Shown here: one piece after another, positions 50,002-58,785 of the stretch | Numbering within the stretch: the stretch's first letter is position 1 | How the letters are laid out: every line of letters starts with the position of its first letter | From: an uncultured Candidatus Saccharibacteria bacterium | GTDB lineage: Bacteria; Patescibacteriota; WWE3; 2-01-FULL-39-13 | Length of the DNA stretch: 64,000 bases | Assembly (NCBI GenBank): GCA_965230915.1 | Contig: OZ246395.1 | Location: forward strand, 204,019 to 268,018 | Direction of reading: 5' to 3' | The notes under the pieces: generated by a model | Databases searched by the model: none | What the model saw: the letters and a program-made list of their open reading frames with translations, nothing else | Told to the model about the DNA's origin: nothing | Made by a program: the position numbers and the translations under genes

Positions 50002-52206
50002 TTATGCATAAACTCGGGCAAGTTTTTTCTTTCGATAAATTCTGCTCGCACCGATTAATGCTAATAAAACGGCTGAAGAAATTGGAGCGCCATAATTTAT
50101 CATGTCCTTAATGTTTTGTTCTACTGAAATAAATTGCGATCCTAACAAGTTTTTGGTCTTAATTTGTGAAAGACCTTCAACTTTTCCCATATTTTCTAAA
50201 AGTGCCAATGCAAGTACGGCGTTTTCCTGAATAGGTTGAGTAAATTGGTCTTCAAAAATTCTGCTTGATCCTGCGATTACCAATGTTCCGCCATTGTCAG
50301 TTTTTCTGTAGGCAACAAGTGGGTGTCTCATTAAGTTATCATTTGAATGCTGAGCTTGTGGGTCGATGTTAACAGTGCCATCCTCTTCTCCTCCGGAATT
50401 GGAAGTTGCATATAACCACTTCCAGTTCGGATCTAGCGTCAATGTTGATGCCCATGGCATAAGAATTTTTTGTGGTAAGAATTGAATTTCTGCGGATCCC
50501 GAATCATCTTTAGGTGTCACTACAAAGAATGGATACTTGGCACTCAATGTTTGGCTAACAGGAATTTCTAAACTATTTTGTAAATCATAGGCCATGTCGT
50601 TATCGACTTTCGCTCCATATTGACTCAGAACTTGCCCCGTATTTGCAATATCGCTAACAAGTCCGGTTGTTTCGTCTATTTGTTTTGTGTCGGCTAGATA
50701 TAAAACATTTCCGCCGGCATTTATATAATCTGCTATATATTTCATCGATTCATCGTTATATGAATTTTTAGGACCGGCAATAATAATTAAGTTGTAATCG
50801 CTAAGTTTTGGATCGACTAAGGGAGTTTTTTCTTCTGTATTTGACGGTCTTAATGCCACAGATTTTATATCGTATTCAGCTTGTAAAACCTGTTGTAGTA
50901 GGCCATACTCTTGAAATATTCCTTTTTCGCCATTGCCGGTTATAAAAGCAACTTTTGGCTTTTCGGTTTGCTTGATTTTATTGATAATAGAAGTGATTTG
51001 ATATTCCATATCATCGACACTATTTATGTAGTCGATTTTTTCTTTCTTTGATTCATCTTCATTCATAACCGCCAGTGCTAAATATCCTTGTTGAATTTGA
51101 AGTTGGTCTTCTCCGACAGTGTTAAATTGGACAGGTTGAATTTCTAAAGAGCTTAGTCTTTCGCCATTTGTATTTGGGTCTAAATATCTAACTTCTAAAT
51201 TATTGCCGGCAGAAGCTTTGTAGTCTGCCAAAATATTTTTGATTTCTTCAAAAGCGGCTTTATACATCGGAGGCAGATTATTTGTTGCGTAAACTTCGAT
51301 GATAATCTTTCCATCTTTATGTAAAACCTGTTCGGTAATATTTGAAAGTGTATATCGTTTGCTTGATGTTAAATCAATTCTTCCGAGCTGCTGACCAAAA
51401 TAGTTTGATAGATAGGCGAGGGCTACTCCGACAAATGCTATAGAAATTATTATTGTTAAGGTCTTTCTATATAGTTCGGTTGTATTAGAAATACGTATTT
51501 TTTCTAGGTTTGTATATGCGATTGCTACCGCGGTAACAATAAAAATCACAAAGTATATAAGGTTATTAAGACTTATAACCCCACGAACTAATGGGTTAAA
51601 GTTGTCGATAATACTAAATTGGGCAAGGGCATTAACAAGACCTGTCGGCAAATTAATAGCAGTAATATCGGTATTTATTATTAAAAGTATTAGAGTTAAA
51701 ACCGCTGAGGTTATAAAAGCTGCTATCTGGTTTTTATAAAAGCTCGATACTGCAACTCCTAAGCTGGATAAAGCTAGTGTTAATAAAAATGCTCCCAAAT
51801 ATTGTGAGAAAGTTTCTCCAATATCTATCGGGGCGATTCTACTTATAAGAATAGGTAAGGGGATCGTTAACAAAATTGCGATAAACACAATTTTGGTTGC
51901 ACCTAGGATTTTCCCTAATACTAGTTCTATTTGCTTTATTGGTTTAGTTTCTAGGTATTCAACGGTTTGTCTTTCAAATTCACTTGCAAATGATCCCATT
52001 GTTACAGCCGGTATTAAAACCGCTAAAAACCAAGGCATTATTTGGAACATACTTCTCATTGAAACAACTCCACTTATGAAAAATGTCTTTAAGAAGAAGA
52101 AATAAAGAAGTCCTAAAAATAACACTATTAATATATACCCACCTAAGTGGTCGAACTGCGCCTTTAGCTCTTTTATAGTAATTTCCTTTATGCTGTTAAT
52201 TCTCAT
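50002..52206 (-). CDS. ABC-2 permease (GldF-like) fused to GldG/ABC_transp_aux domain
   Basis: KELK..F, IPAVTMGSFASE, GKILG; RIDLTSSKRYTLS, EYQIT, VAFITGNGE, IIAGP. Confidence 0.88.
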   Translation of the reverse strand: MRINSIKEITIKELKAQFDHLGGYILIVLFLGLLYFFFLKTFFISGVVSMRSMFQIMPWFLAVLIPAVTMGSFASEFERQTVEYLETKPIKQIELVLGKILGATKIVFIAILLTIPLPILISRIAPIDIGETFSQYLGAFLLTLALSSLGVAVSSFYKNQIAAFITSAVLTLILLIINTDITAINLPTGLVNALAQFSIIDNFNPLVRGVISLNNLIYFVIFIVTAVAIAYTNLEKIRISNTTELYRKTLTIIISIAFVGVALAYLSNYFGQQLGRIDLTSSKRYTLSNITEQVLHKDGKIIIEVYATNNLPPMYKAAFEEIKNILADYKASAGNNLEVRYLDPNTNGERLSSLEIQPVQFNTVGEDQLQIQQGYLALAVMNEDESKKEKIDYINSVDDMEYQITSIINKIKQTEKPKVAFITGNGEKGIFQEYGLLQQVLQAEYDIKSVALRPSNTEEKTPLVDPKLSDYNLIIIAGPKNSYNDESMKYIADYINAGGNVLYLADTKQIDETTGLVSDIANTGQVLSQYGAKVDNDMAYDLQNSLEIPVSQTLSAKYPFFVVTPKDDSGSAEIQFLPQKILMPWASTLTLDPNWKWLYATSNSGGEEDGTVNIDPQAQHSNDNLMRHPLVAYRKTDNGGTLVIAGSSRIFEDQFTQPIQENAVLALALLENMGKVEGLSQIKTKNLLGSQFISVEQNIKDMINYGAPISSAVLLALIGASRIYRKKKLARVYA

Positions 52207-52894
52207 GTGACTTTAATTCTTTAAATATTTTTTCGAGGTTCATTTTCTTTGGAGAACCCTGTGTAACTAATTGACCATTATTTATTACGATAACCTTGTT
52301 GCACATTGCGTCTACTTCTTGCATAACGTGAGTACTAATTAAAATAACTTTATCTTTAGACATTTCAATAATTAATTTTCTGATATCTTCACGCTGGTTG
52401 GGGTCTAAACCTTCAGTAGGTTCGTCTAAAATTAAAAGTTTAGGGTCGTGAATCATTGCTGCTGCAAGTCCGACTCTTTGTTTATAACCTTTGGATAACT
52501 CGGCAATAGGTGATAGCAAACGATTGGTGATACCGACTTCTTTTGCTATTTTTTTAATTCTCTCTTCTATATTTTTGTTATCAACACCTTGCAATTTTGC
52601 TGACATTGTTAAGAAATCTACAACAAGCATATCTAAATATAATGGATTATTTTCGGGTAAATATCCGATTAAAGATTGTGTCTCTAAAGTGTCGAGTTGA
52701 GTATCTTTATCTTCTATTGTAATTTCGCCTTCAGATGGAAAATAATAAGAGGTGATCATACGCATGGTTGTAGTTTTACCGGCTCCATTTGGTCCAAGTA
52801 AACCCGCGATGTCTCCTTTTTCTAATTCGAAAGAAAGATCCTTAACGGCTTCGACTCCGCCAAAATTTTTTGATACATTTTTGACCTTCAACAT
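52196..52894 (-). CDS. ABC transporter ATP-binding protein (GldA-like)
   Basis: GPNGAGKTT, LSKGYKQRV, LILDEPTEGLDP, ISTH. Confidence 0.95.
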   Translation of the reverse strand: MLKVKNVSKNFGGVEAVKDLSFELEKGDIAGLLGPNGAGKTTTMRMITSYYFPSEGEITIEDKDTQLDTLETQSLIGYLPENNPLYLDMLVVDFLTMSAKLQGVDNKNIEERIKKIAKEVGITNRLLSPIAELSKGYKQRVGLAAAMIHDPKLLILDEPTEGLDPNQREDIRKLIIEMSKDKVILISTHVMQEVDAMCNKVIVINNGQLVTQGSPKKMNLEKIFKELKSHEN

Positions 52895-52913
52895 AATATA
52901 GTGGATTTATATC

Positions 52914-53273
52914 TTGCATTATAGACCAATGTCAAGAAAATCGCTTGAGCTTGGAGTTTTCTTATTATGGGGTATAATATGGTATATGACTGTAAATTGG
53001 GGGGTCACTGAACAAGTTAATAATGAGACGCAAAATCCAGAAAATGGCTTGAATACTGAAGTTTCTCAGACTTCGGTAAGCGGATATGTGCCAGCCCCAA
53101 GACCTGTTATTGCAACTGTGCCTGATGAAAGAACCGTACCAAGCACAACAGAAATAGTGCAAGATATAACACCTAAAACTCCTATTGTAAGGACATCCGA
53201 AAACGTACACAGAGCTGCCTTATGGGCGGTTACACAATCTAATGCTCAAGCACAGAAACCCGAAGGTTTTTAA
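52914..53273 (+). CDS. Hypothetical single-TM protein (start probably ATG 52929)
   Basis: N-terminal hydrophobic helix, T/P-rich tail. Confidence 0.55.
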   Translation: MHYRPMSRKSLELGVFLLWGIIWYMTVNWGVTEQVNNETQNPENGLNTEVSQTSVSGYVPAPRPVIATVPDERTVPSTTEIVQDITPKTPIVRTSENVHRAALWAVTQSNAQAQKPEGF

Positions 53274-53301
53274 AAAGCCGCTATGCTAAAATTTCTTTAG
53301 C

Positions 53302-55716
53302 ATGCCCGAACAAGTTGTAAATCCCGAAACCTTTTTTACTCAATCACTTCATCTTTTTCAAACTGTTTTAATATTTTCAGTCATCCTATTAGTCTTAATG
53401 GTTGTTATATATTATGGATTTAAAGCATATATTTGGCATGTTCGTTTTAAGAATCGAAAAAAATCTTTAGACGAAAAAGTTTTTCTAAAGATACAGATTC
53501 CCGAAGAAAATGAAATTGAGCCATCTATGTCGGAGCAGATGTATAGCAGCATGTACGGCATTCGCAAAAGCGGTTTTATGGAATCACTAAAGGAACACGA
53601 CCATATTTCATTTGAAATTGTCGCTAATAATGAATCAATCGATTTTTATGCGGTTTGTCCGAAAAATCTTGAGAATTTGGTTGAGAAACAAATTAATGCG
53701 GCTTATCCAGATGCAGAAATTACGAAAGTCGATCCATGGAGTTTATGGACTAACGATGGAACGGTTGAATTTTCAAGTTTGGTTTTGCGAAAACCAGATT
53801 ATTTTCCAATAAATACTTACGAAGAAATGAAGGTGGATTCGATCGCAGTTATAACTGCTGCAATGGGCAAGTTGCACGAAGGGGAAGGTCTGGCAATTCA
53901 AATGGTAATTAGGCCTGCCGAAGATATATGGCAAAAGAATGGAAAAGCCCATATTAAAAAATATTTTTCAGATAAAAATGGAAAAGATGGATCGAAAATG
54001 TCGAAAATAGACGAAGATTATATTCAAACGATTCAAAGCAAAATTTCCAAAATTGGATTTGAAACAGTTATTCGTTTGGTATCAGTTTCTAATGACGAAG
54101 CTTCGGCTAAGGCTAATTTAAGCAACTTAGAGCGAGCTTTTGGCCAATTTAACAGCCCCGTTTTTAATTCTCTTAAAAAAGCTCCTCAGCGATACGAAAA
54201 GTATTTTGTAATTTCATTTATCGCGAGAATGTTCCCGGTTGTTGAAAAGTTTGAGCTTCCATTTGAAATTCCATTTTTATTGAAAAAAGAATGGTTTAGA
54301 GGTTGGAGTATTTATAACACCGAAGAGCTTGCGACACTTTGGCATCTTCCAAATAAAAATGTAAAAACACCTCGAATTAATTGGTTGCGATCAAAAGGTT
54401 CAGCCGCGCCAATTGAATTGCCTGATTCGGGACTTTACCTTGGTAAATCAATATTTAGAGGAACCGAAGTGCCAATTTTTATGCAAGACGAAGATCGCCG
54501 TCGCCATATGTATATTTTAGGAACTACAGGTACAGGAAAATCGGAATTTATGAAATTTATGGCGATTCAGGATATTAAAGAAGGCAAGGGAGTTGCTTTT
54601 ATTGATCCACATGGATCAGCAGTTAATGATATTGTGCAGCAAATTCCACCAGAAAGAATTGATGATGTGATTTATTTTGACCCAAGCACCGAAAGACCGA
54701 TGGGGCTAAATATATTGGATGTAAAAACAGAAAAAGAAAAAGACATGGTTATCAATAAGTTTATTGAGATGTTGTACGAATTGTACGACCCAAATAAACA
54801 GGGTATTATGGGGCCTCAGCTCGAGCGTGCACTTCGTATGTGTATGTTGACCATTATGAGTAAACCCGGAGGTTCGTTAATCGAAGTCGTTCGTTTATTG
54901 GTCGACGAAAACTTTCACAAAGAGTACATGCCTTATATTAAAGACGATACAGTTCGTTTATATTGGACTGCTGAAGTTGCAAACACCACAAAAAATCGTA
55001 AAGGCGAAACCATGGGCTATTTTGTTTCAAAGCTCGACCGTTTTACAACCGAAAAAACCATGCGTTATATGTTGGGCCAGTCATATTCGTCCTTTGACTT
55101 TAACGATGTAATGAATAATCGCAAAATTTTATTAGCTGATTTATCAAAAGGTAAATTGGGTGCAGAAAATTCTAAATTTTTGGGATTAATGTTAGTTCCT
55201 CGTTTACTAGCCGCTGCATTTTCACGAATCGAAAAAATGGAGCGCGGAGAACATATAGAAGATTTTTACTTATATATTGATGAGTTCCAGAACTACACCA
55301 CTCCGGACATCGAAACAATTTTGTCTGAAGCGCGTAAATATCGCTTAAATTTAATTGTCGCAAATCAATTTATTGGACAACTGCCAGAAAAAATTAAAGA
55401 CGCCATATTTGGAAATGTCGGAAGCATGACTGTATTTCGCGTAGGTACAGATGATGCGCAATATTTAGAAAAGTATTTTGCTCCAACTTTTGGGCAAACA
55501 GATTTAATGAACAATAGAGTAGGGCGGGCTTACATGAAGTTGCTTGTTAACAACCAGCCATCGCCAGCTTTTGCGATGACCACCGATTGGGACATGATTT
55601 CCAGTATGCCGCGTGATTTTGCTTTAGGCCAGCAAATTAAAGAGCTAAGCCAGCAAAAATATGGAAGAAACCGCTTTATCGTCGAACAAGAGATAAAAGC
55701 TAGAGGTGGGATGTAG
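53302..55716 (+). CDS. VirD4/TrwB/HerA-like ATPase (type IV secretion coupling protein-like, common in CPR)
   Basis: N-terminal TM; DRRRHMYILGTTGTGKS, FIDPHG, LYIDEFQN, ILSEARKY, IFGNVG. Confidence 0.9.
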   Translation: MPEQVVNPETFFTQSLHLFQTVLIFSVILLVLMVVIYYGFKAYIWHVRFKNRKKSLDEKVFLKIQIPEENEIEPSMSEQMYSSMYGIRKSGFMESLKEHDHISFEIVANNESIDFYAVCPKNLENLVEKQINAAYPDAEITKVDPWSLWTNDGTVEFSSLVLRKPDYFPINTYEEMKVDSIAVITAAMGKLHEGEGLAIQMVIRPAEDIWQKNGKAHIKKYFSDKNGKDGSKMSKIDEDYIQTIQSKISKIGFETVIRLVSVSNDEASAKANLSNLERAFGQFNSPVFNSLKKAPQRYEKYFVISFIARMFPVVEKFELPFEIPFLLKKEWFRGWSIYNTEELATLWHLPNKNVKTPRINWLRSKGSAAPIELPDSGLYLGKSIFRGTEVPIFMQDEDRRRHMYILGTTGTGKSEFMKFMAIQDIKEGKGVAFIDPHGSAVNDIVQQIPPERIDDVIYFDPSTERPMGLNILDVKTEKEKDMVINKFIEMLYELYDPNKQGIMGPQLERALRMCMLTIMSKPGGSLIEVVRLLVDENFHKEYMPYIKDDTVRLYWTAEVANTTKNRKGETMGYFVSKLDRFTTEKTMRYMLGQSYSSFDFNDVMNNRKILLADLSKGKLGAENSKFLGLMLVPRLLAAAFSRIEKMERGEHIEDFYLYIDEFQNYTTPDIETILSEARKYRLNLIVANQFIGQLPEKIKDAIFGNVGSMTVFRVGTDDAQYLEKYFAPTFGQTDLMNNRVGRAYMKLLVNNQPSPAFAMTTDWDMISSMPRDFALGQQIKELSQQKYGRNRFIVEQEIKARGGM

Positions 55717-55730
55717 ACCAACTAGCAAAC

Positions 55731-55768
55731 CCCATAGCCTTGACTTTTCACAGCACTTGATCTATTCT
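55731..55768 (+). promoter_or_regulatory. Cassette-type promoter CCCATAGCC-TTGACT-17-TATTCT
   Basis: Variant of the shared motif abutting -35. Confidence 0.65.
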
Positions 55769-55774
55769 TATCCC

Positions 55775-56042
55775 CGGAATTTGGTTATTGGCCAATAGCC
55801 AAAACTTGTTTCACACCGGGCATTGCCCATTACCGTCTCGCCGGGGTGTGAGGAAAAAAGTCTCTCAACGACGAGAGAACAGAACAAATGGCCAAAAAAA
55901 GAACCAAAAGCAAAGCGAGAATAGCTTTTTGGTTCGTCTACAAATTATCAGGGAGGGATTGAGCAGAAATCTCAAAATTTTGTTCTCATTGCGAGAACTT
56001 AATGTATAAAAGATTTTAGCTCTTCCTCCCTGTTTCACTTTT
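55775..56042 (+). ncRNA. Putative structured RNA (~265 nt, five hairpins), or mRNA for a 24-aa peptide (55888-55962)
   Basis: Successive stems ttggttatt/aatagccaa, tcacacc/ggtgtga, tctctc/gagaga, gaaccaaaagc/gctttttggttc, cagggaggga/ttcctccctg + T-rich tail. Confidence 0.55.
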
Positions 56043-56062
56043 ATTAACCTCTTATTGCCTAC

Positions 56063-56100
56063 CCTATAGTATTGACAAAGTCTCTCTAAAATGTTACTAT
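56063..56100 (+). promoter_or_regulatory. Cassette promoter CCTATAGTA-TTGACA-17-TACTAT, followed by a ~175-nt three-hairpin leader
   Basis: Perfect -35 with extended -10 TG; shared motif. Confidence 0.78.
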
Positions 56101-56283
56101 GACGCCATTATTGAGGTATTGCTCATGCAGCAGTTTTCTCAATTAATGCACATTTTTATAGGTGATTCTTTTGAATTACCATCTGGTTAAATTGTTCCGA
56201 CTATTTTGTTTCTCTTTATTTAAGGGGGTCAAGATTGTTGGAACAATTACACTTTATACACATTCAATGAAGGAGAGATCGAA

Positions 56284-56856
56284 ATGTTTGCAAAGTTGAA
56301 GGCAAAATCAGATTGGTTATTAGACCGAGTTCATGGTTTTTACTTTCCCTATGGAAGCGATTTCACTGATTGGCCGCGTTTGATTTTATCGGCTCTGGCC
56401 GTCTTGTTTGTCGCAGGCGTGCTTCTTCTGTGGGCAGTTTACAATATTGCCCTTATAAATCACGAAAACGCGGTTTACCCTGACCTCAGCGATGTTGTTG
56501 GATTTAAGCTCGAGGTATTTCGCACTGATGGAAGCAGCGCGGTAGTTACCGGGCCACACTCGACAACAGTCATTGTGCCGTGGAATTACACTGGCAGCAT
56601 TGAGGCTTTGCTTGAAAATGGCGCAGAATTCGTTGGTAGTTCGCCATCGGGGCAGCTTTATAAGTTTGGGCCAGAGGTTACACCAAAGGTTCAGATAGGG
56701 GATCATGTCACATTCATTTTCCCGGTGCCCGCTGATGCGGATGCAATTCAGTTGATCGTAGATCCGGAAACAGGCAGTTGGGACGGCAGCCCGTCGTCTT
56801 ACTATTTCTGCAAGCTATCCGAATTTTGCTTATATCCTCCGGGATTTGGCAAGTAA
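56284..56856 (+). CDS. Cassette membrane-anchored protein, YYxC-x(4-7)-C family member 1
   Basis: SD GAAGGAGAG; one TM; C-terminal YYFCKLSEFC. Confidence 0.8.
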   Translation: MFAKLKAKSDWLLDRVHGFYFPYGSDFTDWPRLILSALAVLFVAGVLLLWAVYNIALINHENAVYPDLSDVVGFKLEVFRTDGSSAVVTGPHSTTVIVPWNYTGSIEALLENGAEFVGSSPSGQLYKFGPEVTPKVQIGDHVTFIFPVPADADAIQLIVDPETGSWDGSPSSYYFCKLSEFCLYPPGFGK

Positions 56857-56906
56857 TTGAAGTAACAACGCTTTCTTTTAAACTCCCACACGAAAGGTTT
56901 CGAACA

Positions 56907-57440
56907 ATGAAGAAGCTACTTATTCCGGGTTTGCTGGTTTTGATTTTTGCTCTCCTGTGGAGCGGGTTTGACCAAAACAGTATCACTGCCTCCTGGTTCC
57001 AGCGCGGCGAACCCGTGCCCGAGCAGGAGAGCTTGGAATCGCGCATTGCGATGGCCGAATCGCGCCTCGAGTACCTTGAGCAACAGGAAGCTCTTCGTAT
57101 CGAAAACGATCAGTTTATGTTCGTTTCAGATGCCGATGAGTTTTTGGCGCGCACCGGTCTTCTCTTCGAACAAGAGCCAGTCGCTGTAGACATGATGCGA
57201 ATCATTGATAGCAGCGGCAAAGAATCGGGAAGCGGTGCGACCTACAAGTTCTCAGAGTCGCCGGTATTGGTCGATGACAGTGGAAACAGATTTCCGCTCG
57301 ATATTCACAAGGGTGAAACGGCCCATTTGTTGGCGTATACTGAAGGCAATGTGACTCAACTCGCATACTATGCGTGCTATACAAACAGCGCCATGTGTTA
57401 TGTCGAGACCAAAGTTCTGCCGATAGCGATGAGCTATTAG
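56907..57440 (+). CDS. Cassette secreted/anchored protein, family member 2 (start ATG 56907)
   Basis: SD GAAAGG; MKKLLIPGLLVLIF signal/TM; FPLDI...GNV..AYYACYTNSAMC. Confidence 0.8.
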   Translation: MKKLLIPGLLVLIFALLWSGFDQNSITASWFQRGEPVPEQESLESRIAMAESRLEYLEQQEALRIENDQFMFVSDADEFLARTGLLFEQEPVAVDMMRIIDSSGKESGSGATYKFSESPVLVDDSGNRFPLDIHKGETAHLLAYTEGNVTQLAYYACYTNSAMCYVETKVLPIAMSY

Positions 57441-57466
57441 CGATGAGATGAAGTAACCAGATTTAA

Positions 57467-57545
57467 AAGGCGGTGGCCGAGAAACATGATTTTTGCTGAT
57501 CTTTAGCAATCCTCATCGTTTCTCGGTCCACCGCCTTATTTTTTT
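57467..57545 (+). terminator. Long bulged 3' hairpin of cassette
   Basis: aaggcggtggccgagaaac...gtttctcggtccaccgcctt + T-run. Confidence 0.8.
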
Positions 57546-57668
57546 ACCCAAATTCCCTTACAATCTAAATATCCTATAACATGCTAAAATAATGCCCATC
57601 AAACTATCATGTGTTCGTTTGATTAGTCTTTTGTGTTTTAGAAAACAATAACGAAGGGGAGAGGCTCA

Positions 57669-58160
57669 ATGCGCAGAAAGAAATTAATTTTCGCACTGGC
57701 AATTAGCATCGCAGTAAATGCTTGTCTGGGGTTCCAATATTTCAACCATATATCTAGGATAAGCGAACTTACTGCCGCAACTAATAGTCTTACCAAGAAG
57801 GTTCTGGAGGCGAGTCAGCCGCCAGAATATTATCTTTTAGACAGTAGTGGGCTGATCGACACTGTCATTCAGTTGAACGGCGTGGGTCTGGGTATGTTTG
57901 GTCCAAACCGAATTTATCTCATGGATGATCCACCTACTGCTACGTTTTTGTCAGATGGAGAAACTTTTCCCTTTGATATTTCAGATGGAAATTTCATCAA
58001 CATCGTCCCCGTTTTTGGGCCAGACGGAAATGTTTTGCATCCGGCCTATTATGTATGCGATCGGATGAATTTCGAGACATGTACCTTCAACCCAGACAAG
58101 CTGAGGTTTTTGAGGCCCATCGACGGGATGCCGACGGCAACAAGACAATCAGGTGCGTAG
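57669..58160 (+). CDS. Cassette membrane-anchored protein, family member 3
   Basis: Extended -10 TGCTAAAAT (57582-57590), 5' hairpin atcaaac/gtttgat, SD GAAGGGGAG; FPFDI...GNV..AYYVCDRMNFETC. Confidence 0.8.
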   Translation: MRRKKLIFALAISIAVNACLGFQYFNHISRISELTAATNSLTKKVLEASQPPEYYLLDSSGLIDTVIQLNGVGLGMFGPNRIYLMDDPPTATFLSDGETFPFDISDGNFINIVPVFGPDGNVLHPAYYVCDRMNFETCTFNPDKLRFLRPIDGMPTATRQSGA

Positions 58161-58168
58161 TTTGAAAA

Positions 58169-58228
58169 GGGCAGCCTAACTGAATTTTGCAGATTTTTTG
58201 CAAACCAGTTGGGCTCCCTAGTATTTTT
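58169..58228 (+). terminator. Long bulged 3' hairpin of cassette
   Basis: gggcagcctaactg..tttgcag/tttgcaaa..cagttgggctccc. Confidence 0.7.
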
Positions 58229-58328
58229 GCCATCGGCAAAAAACTGGGAGTAAAACGAGCAACTTTTTATACTTTCGGGATTTGTAAATAATTGTTATCA
58301 TTTCTTCCAGCACTTCTGCGCTTTTTAT

Positions 58329-58417
58329 GGAAGGGTCGCATAGTTGGTCTAGTGCGGCGGTCTTGAAAACCGCTATATCGCAAGATATCGTGGGTTCGAA
58401 TCCCACCCCTTCCGCCA
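58329..58417 (+). tRNA. tRNA-Ser(TGA)
   Basis: gcggt-ctTGAaa-accgc; long variable arm atatc-gcaa-gatat; GGTTCGAATCC; CCA. Confidence 0.97.
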
Positions 58418-58446
58418 CGTTAAAATGGCGTTATTTCCTTAAATTT

Positions 58447-58710
58447 ATGGATATTTTAATTATCATGCTTGTCACAATGTTTTTTGGAGGATTATTGCTC
58501 GTTTTATGGGGGCTTTGCCTTATTGTAGGTTTTGGATGGGCCATGTTTATTATTGGCTTAATTTCATTGACAGGCGGAACTCCAGAAAGTTTTGCAGAAG
58601 CACAAAGAGATTATCCCGGAGCTAAAACCTTAAAAGGTAAGTTATTAGGGCTTCTTTTAGTAATTTTAGGAATAACTTCGATGATTTATAGCCTCAATAT
58701 TCAACAGTAA
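58447..58710 (+). CDS. Small membrane protein (87 aa; start ATG 58447)
   Basis: Hydrophobic ORF; the upstream part of the track ORF is tRNA-Ser. Confidence 0.6.
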   Translation: MDILIIMLVTMFFGGLLLVLWGLCLIVGFGWAMFIIGLISLTGGTPESFAEAQRDYPGAKTLKGKLLGLLLVILGITSMIYSLNIQQ

Positions 58711-58767
58711 AAAAGTGAGCCAACTAAACTGGGGTTTGGAAAATATCCAAATCAGTATAGCTGGCTC
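58709..58767 (-). terminator. Long bulged 3' hairpin of peptide cassette
   Basis: Minus: gagccagcta.actg.tttgga/tccaaa-ccc-cagt.tagttggctc + T6. Confidence 0.75.
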
Positions 58768-58785
58768 TTGGTAGGTGGCCGCGCA

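Noticed and set aside
55788-56009. 73-aa TTG-start ORF
   Set aside because: The start lies inside a hairpin with no RBS; the region is better explained as structured RNA.
58218-58446. ORF 58218-58418(-) and the N-terminal part of ORF 58327-58710
   Set aside because: Both are translations of tRNA-Ser (AEGVGFEPT pattern).
29002-58767. Cassette 3' hairpins as integron attC sites
   Set aside because: No RYYYAAC/GTTRRRY boxes, cassettes are dispersed and carry their own promoters, and no integron integrase is in the window.
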